Positions 61,719 to 64,000 of a DNA stretch of 64,000 bases are shown in pieces; positions within the stretch are counted from its first letter, which is position 1; each line of letters begins with the position of its first letter. The DNA comes from Terriglobia bacterium. Its GTDB lineage: Bacteria; Acidobacteriota; Terriglobia; Bryobacterales; Bryobacteraceae. The stretch covers positions 12,000 through 75,999 of the forward strand of contig RGPS01000004.1 of NCBI GenBank assembly GCA_010084195.1, read 5' to 3'. The position numbers were made by a program, and so were the translations under genes. The notes beneath the pieces were generated by a model. That model had not been told where the DNA came from, did no database searches, and worked only from the letters and a program-made list of their open reading frames with translations.

Positions 61719-62797
61719 GCACCACTCCCCGCCTTCGCCCTGCCACATTCTCCGACTCAGAAGCCATTGCCCGGCTGAATCGTCGCAATCTGATGGATGA
61801 AATGGACCCCGCAGCGAGGGAAACCCGCTGGTCAACCTACCCCTGGGAAACCGAGTTTGAAGATATGCCGATCGGCTGGGTTCTGACCGATGCGGCTGGC
61901 GAAGTGGTGGGGAATCTGGACAATATCCACCTCCTCTATCAGGTAAATGGACGCAAGGTTCGTGGTGCCATCGCAGCAGGCTGGGCAGTTGACGCCGGGC
62001 ATCGGTCGGATTCCATGCAGCTGATGACCACTTTTTTTCGTCAGAAAAACGCCGAGGTCCGCCTCGCTGTCAGCGCGAGCCCAACTGCTTCCCGGGTCTT
62101 TACCGCCATGAGAATCCCACGGCTTCCGCTCCCCTGGTACGGCAGCCCCTGTTTTTGGGCTACAAATCCGGTGGCGTTTACGAGGGCGGCGCTCCGGAGG
62201 CGGGCCATCCCCGGGGCCGACGGCCTTGCCTGGCCCGCCGGTTTCGGGCTTTTGGCACGGGATGCCTTCGTTGGCAGTGGCCGGGGACGCATCACGCTGC
62301 AGGTTGAAGAGGTCTCCGGCTTTGACGCCCGCTTTGATGGCCTTTGGCCTCGGTTGGCCGCAGGTCATGCCAGATTGAGGGCGGTGCGGGATAGCAGGGT
62401 GCTGGAGTGGCGCTATGGTTCTGAACTCCGCAGTGGACACGGGAAAGTTCTCGCTGCGATCAAAGGTGGAGACCTGCAGGGTTACATCGTCCTGCTGCGG
62501 CGGGAAGGTGATGGTCTTACTCTTTACGATGTTTCCGATCTGCAGGCGGCAGGAGATTCCCCCGCCATATTCAGGGACCTGCTCCTCCATGCAATCCGGA
62601 CTGCACGAGAAGAAGGCATAGGCGGCGTCAAATTCTGCGCCGGGTCTCCGGAGAAACATCAGGCCGCGATGTCCCTGCGGCCCCATTCCTATGAGTTACC
62701 GTTCTGGCAGCAGTATTATCGCGCCGACGCCGGTGAACTGGGCGACCTGCTGAGCAGCGCCTCGGGCTGGGATTTTTCCCTCTTCGAAACATATTGA
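61715..62797 (+). CDS. GNAT-like (two-lobed, FemAB/EPS-locus acyltransferase-like) protein
   Basis: GTG 61715 overlaps the PIG-L stop (GTGA). The N-terminus LRPATFSDSEAIARLNRRN is GNAT-like, and a second acyl-CoA-binding-like lobe lies near GYIVLLRREGDGLTLYDVSD. Family-level call only. The track ORF start at 61454 lies inside the PIG-L gene. Confidence 0.5.
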   Translation: MSTTPRLRPATFSDSEAIARLNRRNLMDEMDPAARETRWSTYPWETEFEDMPIGWVLTDAAGEVVGNLDNIHLLYQVNGRKVRGAIAAGWAVDAGHRSDSMQLMTTFFRQKNAEVRLAVSASPTASRVFTAMRIPRLPLPWYGSPCFWATNPVAFTRAALRRRAIPGADGLAWPAGFGLLARDAFVGSGRGRITLQVEEVSGFDARFDGLWPRLAAGHARLRAVRDSRVLEWRYGSELRSGHGKVLAAIKGGDLQGYIVLLRREGDGLTLYDVSDLQAAGDSPAIFRDLLLHAIRTAREEGIGGVKFCAGSPEKHQAAMSLRPHSYELPFWQQYYRADAGELGDLLSSASGWDFSLFETY

Positions 62798-62840
62798 GCA
62801 TTTAGGTGAGGTTTTCAGGCCATGCTATATTGCCAGGTAG

Positions 62841-63818
62841 GTGTCAACCTTCGCCACAGTCCTCTCTACCGGGCGGTACCTGCCGGAACGGCGAATAGCC
62901 AATGAGGACCTGACCCAGTTCCCTAAGATGAGCCTGCCGCTTATCGCGGCTAAGACGGGGGTCCAGGCTCGGCGGCACGCTGATGACGCAGACTGCACCT
63001 CCGATCTGGCGCTTCGTGCGTCGCGTGTGTGCCTGCAGAAATGCGGGTTTGCCCCAGCCCTCCTCGAAGGCATCATTCTTTCTACCTCCTCCCCGGACCG
63101 CCCCCAGCCTGCCACCGCAACAAGAGTTCAGGCTCTGCTCGGAGCCACTTCCGCCTTTGCTCTCGATGTCAATGCGGTTTGCAGTGGAGGCATCTACGCC
63201 CTGCACCTTGCGGATAGCCTGATCCGCTCGGGTCGCCACAAGTACATCCTGGTGATTGGTGCCGAAATCTATTCGCGGATTCTCAACCCCCGGGACTTTT
63301 CCACTTACCCGTACTTTGGAGATGGCGCAGGGGCTATCCTGCTCGGGCCTTCTGCGGAGCCCGGGCTGATCTACACGGAACTCGGGGCCGACGGTGCAGG
63401 TGCTGAACTGATCCGGGTACCGGCGGGTGGCAGCATGATGCCTCCGAACAAGTTGAGCAAGCCGGAAGACATCTACTTCAAGATGAGTGGCCGGGAAGTC
63501 TTCGAATTTGCCGTTTCCAAAGGTTCCGAGATACTCCGCGCCGCGCTGACGAAGTGTGACCTCCGGGCTGAGCAGATCCGCTGGTTTGTCTCCCACCAGG
63601 CAAACATCAATATCCTGAACGAATTGGCTGATCGTCTGGAAGTTCCACGGGAAGCTTTTGCCGTCACCCTGAAAGAGTACGGCAATACGGCCTCGGCCTC
63701 CATCCTGATTACCCTGGACGAACTGATTGACAACGGCCAGGTTGAGCGCGGCGATCTGATCGCTATCGCTGCCTTTGGTGGCGGACTGGCTTGGGGTGCC
63801 GGGATTCTTCGCTACTGA
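62841..63818 (+). CDS. fabH: 3-oxoacyl-ACP synthase III (FabH-like KAS III)
   Basis: Shows the Cys-His-Asn pattern (DVNAVCSGGIYAL, SHQANINIL, EYGNTASASI) and ends AFGGGLAWGAGILRY. Confidence 0.85.
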   Translation: MSTFATVLSTGRYLPERRIANEDLTQFPKMSLPLIAAKTGVQARRHADDADCTSDLALRASRVCLQKCGFAPALLEGIILSTSSPDRPQPATATRVQALLGATSAFALDVNAVCSGGIYALHLADSLIRSGRHKYILVIGAEIYSRILNPRDFSTYPYFGDGAGAILLGPSAEPGLIYTELGADGAGAELIRVPAGGSMMPPNKLSKPEDIYFKMSGREVFEFAVSKGSEILRAALTKCDLRAEQIRWFVSHQANINILNELADRLEVPREAFAVTLKEYGNTASASILITLDELIDNGQVERGDLIAIAAFGGGLAWGAGILRY

Positions 63819-63848
63819 TAAAGCCGCTGATGAAACGAATTCACGACT

Positions 63849-64000
63849 ATGAAACGAATTGAAGCTGCGCTCAACGAAGTATGCGAACGACCCAACGAAG
63901 CTGTCCCGGCAGATGCACCTTTTCGTGACATCAAAGGCTGGGATTCTATGCGGGCAGTGAGTTTCCAGCTGGAGTTGGAAAGCCTGTTTTCGGTGGACCT
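63849..64000 (+). CDS. Acyl carrier protein-like (partial; runs off the window end)
   Basis: My translation gives MKRIEAALNEVCERPNEAVPADAPFRDIKGWDSMRAVSFQLELESLFSVD.... GWDSM is a phosphopantetheine-attachment-type Ser motif. Confidence 0.65.
   Translation, partial: MKRIEAALNEVCERPNEAVPADAPFRDIKGWDSMRAVSFQLELESLFSVD

Noticed and set aside
1-64000. rRNA, tRNA, tmRNA, transposase or integrase genes.
   Set aside because: I saw no cloverleaf-like or rRNA-like conserved stretches, and no DDE or tyrosine/serine recombinase motifs in any listed ORF. I cannot exclude small ncRNAs without covariance-model searches.

Overview
High-GC (about 60%) chromosomal segment. It most resembles an Acidobacteriota genome of the Solibacter/Bryobacter type, based on TIGR03437-like C-terminal domains, a TIGR03436-like VWA protein, a CarboxypepD_reg-type TonB receptor and an S53 protease with Ig-like repeats. 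No rRNA, tRNA, CRISPR array or intact transposase/integrase was seen. Contents from left to right: (1) a partial arylsulfatase, a SIS sugar isomerase and a DUF58 protein. (2) A 1.45-kb lower-GC islet bounded by a duplicated thiS 3' end, carrying a STAS remnant, a frameshifted DUF4160 gene and a DUF2442 gene. (3) thiS, divergent from a tightly coupled 12-gene NADH:quinone oxidoreductase operon (nuoA,C,D,E,F,G,H,J,K,L,M,N) that lacks nuoB and nuoI. (4) A decayed PaaI thioesterase. (5) An XRE-PBP regulator / class II photolyase / YfcH-like epimerase operon. (6) A large TonB-dependent receptor-like protein, an aldehyde dehydrogenase and a sedolisin with four Ig-like repeats. (7) A frameshifted MBL-rhodanese (persulfide dioxygenase-like) gene. 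(8) An Alternative Complex III-like cluster: pentaheme ActA, a split ActB, ActC, ActD, ActE and an extra cytochrome c, with no ActF. (9) A heavily decayed Schlafen/AlbA_2-HATPase_c_4 (COG2865) pseudogene. (10) dnaE. (11) A PEP-CTERM/EPS-type locus with two Bac_transf paralogs, a GT2, a WecA/MraY-like transferase and an ExeA-like ATPase. (12) A VWA protein. (13) An S24 (LexA/UmuD-like) peptidase with a non-HTH N-terminal domain, lying in the same frame as mutY; mutY has no canonical start codon for its conserved N-terminus. (14) Two TIGR03437-type secreted proteins and a glycine-zipper protein. (15) mntR-mntH with a palindromic candidate operator and an internally deleted mntH-USP gene. (16) A DUF1680-like protein and a PIG-L / GNAT / FabH / ACP cluster. 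The recurring oddities are an unusual density of disrupted genes, several short perfect tandem repeats (15-18 nt), and atypical respiratory-complex gene content. I found no clearly defined new defence or mobile system. The most unusual locus is the S24 peptidase-repeat-mutY arrangement.
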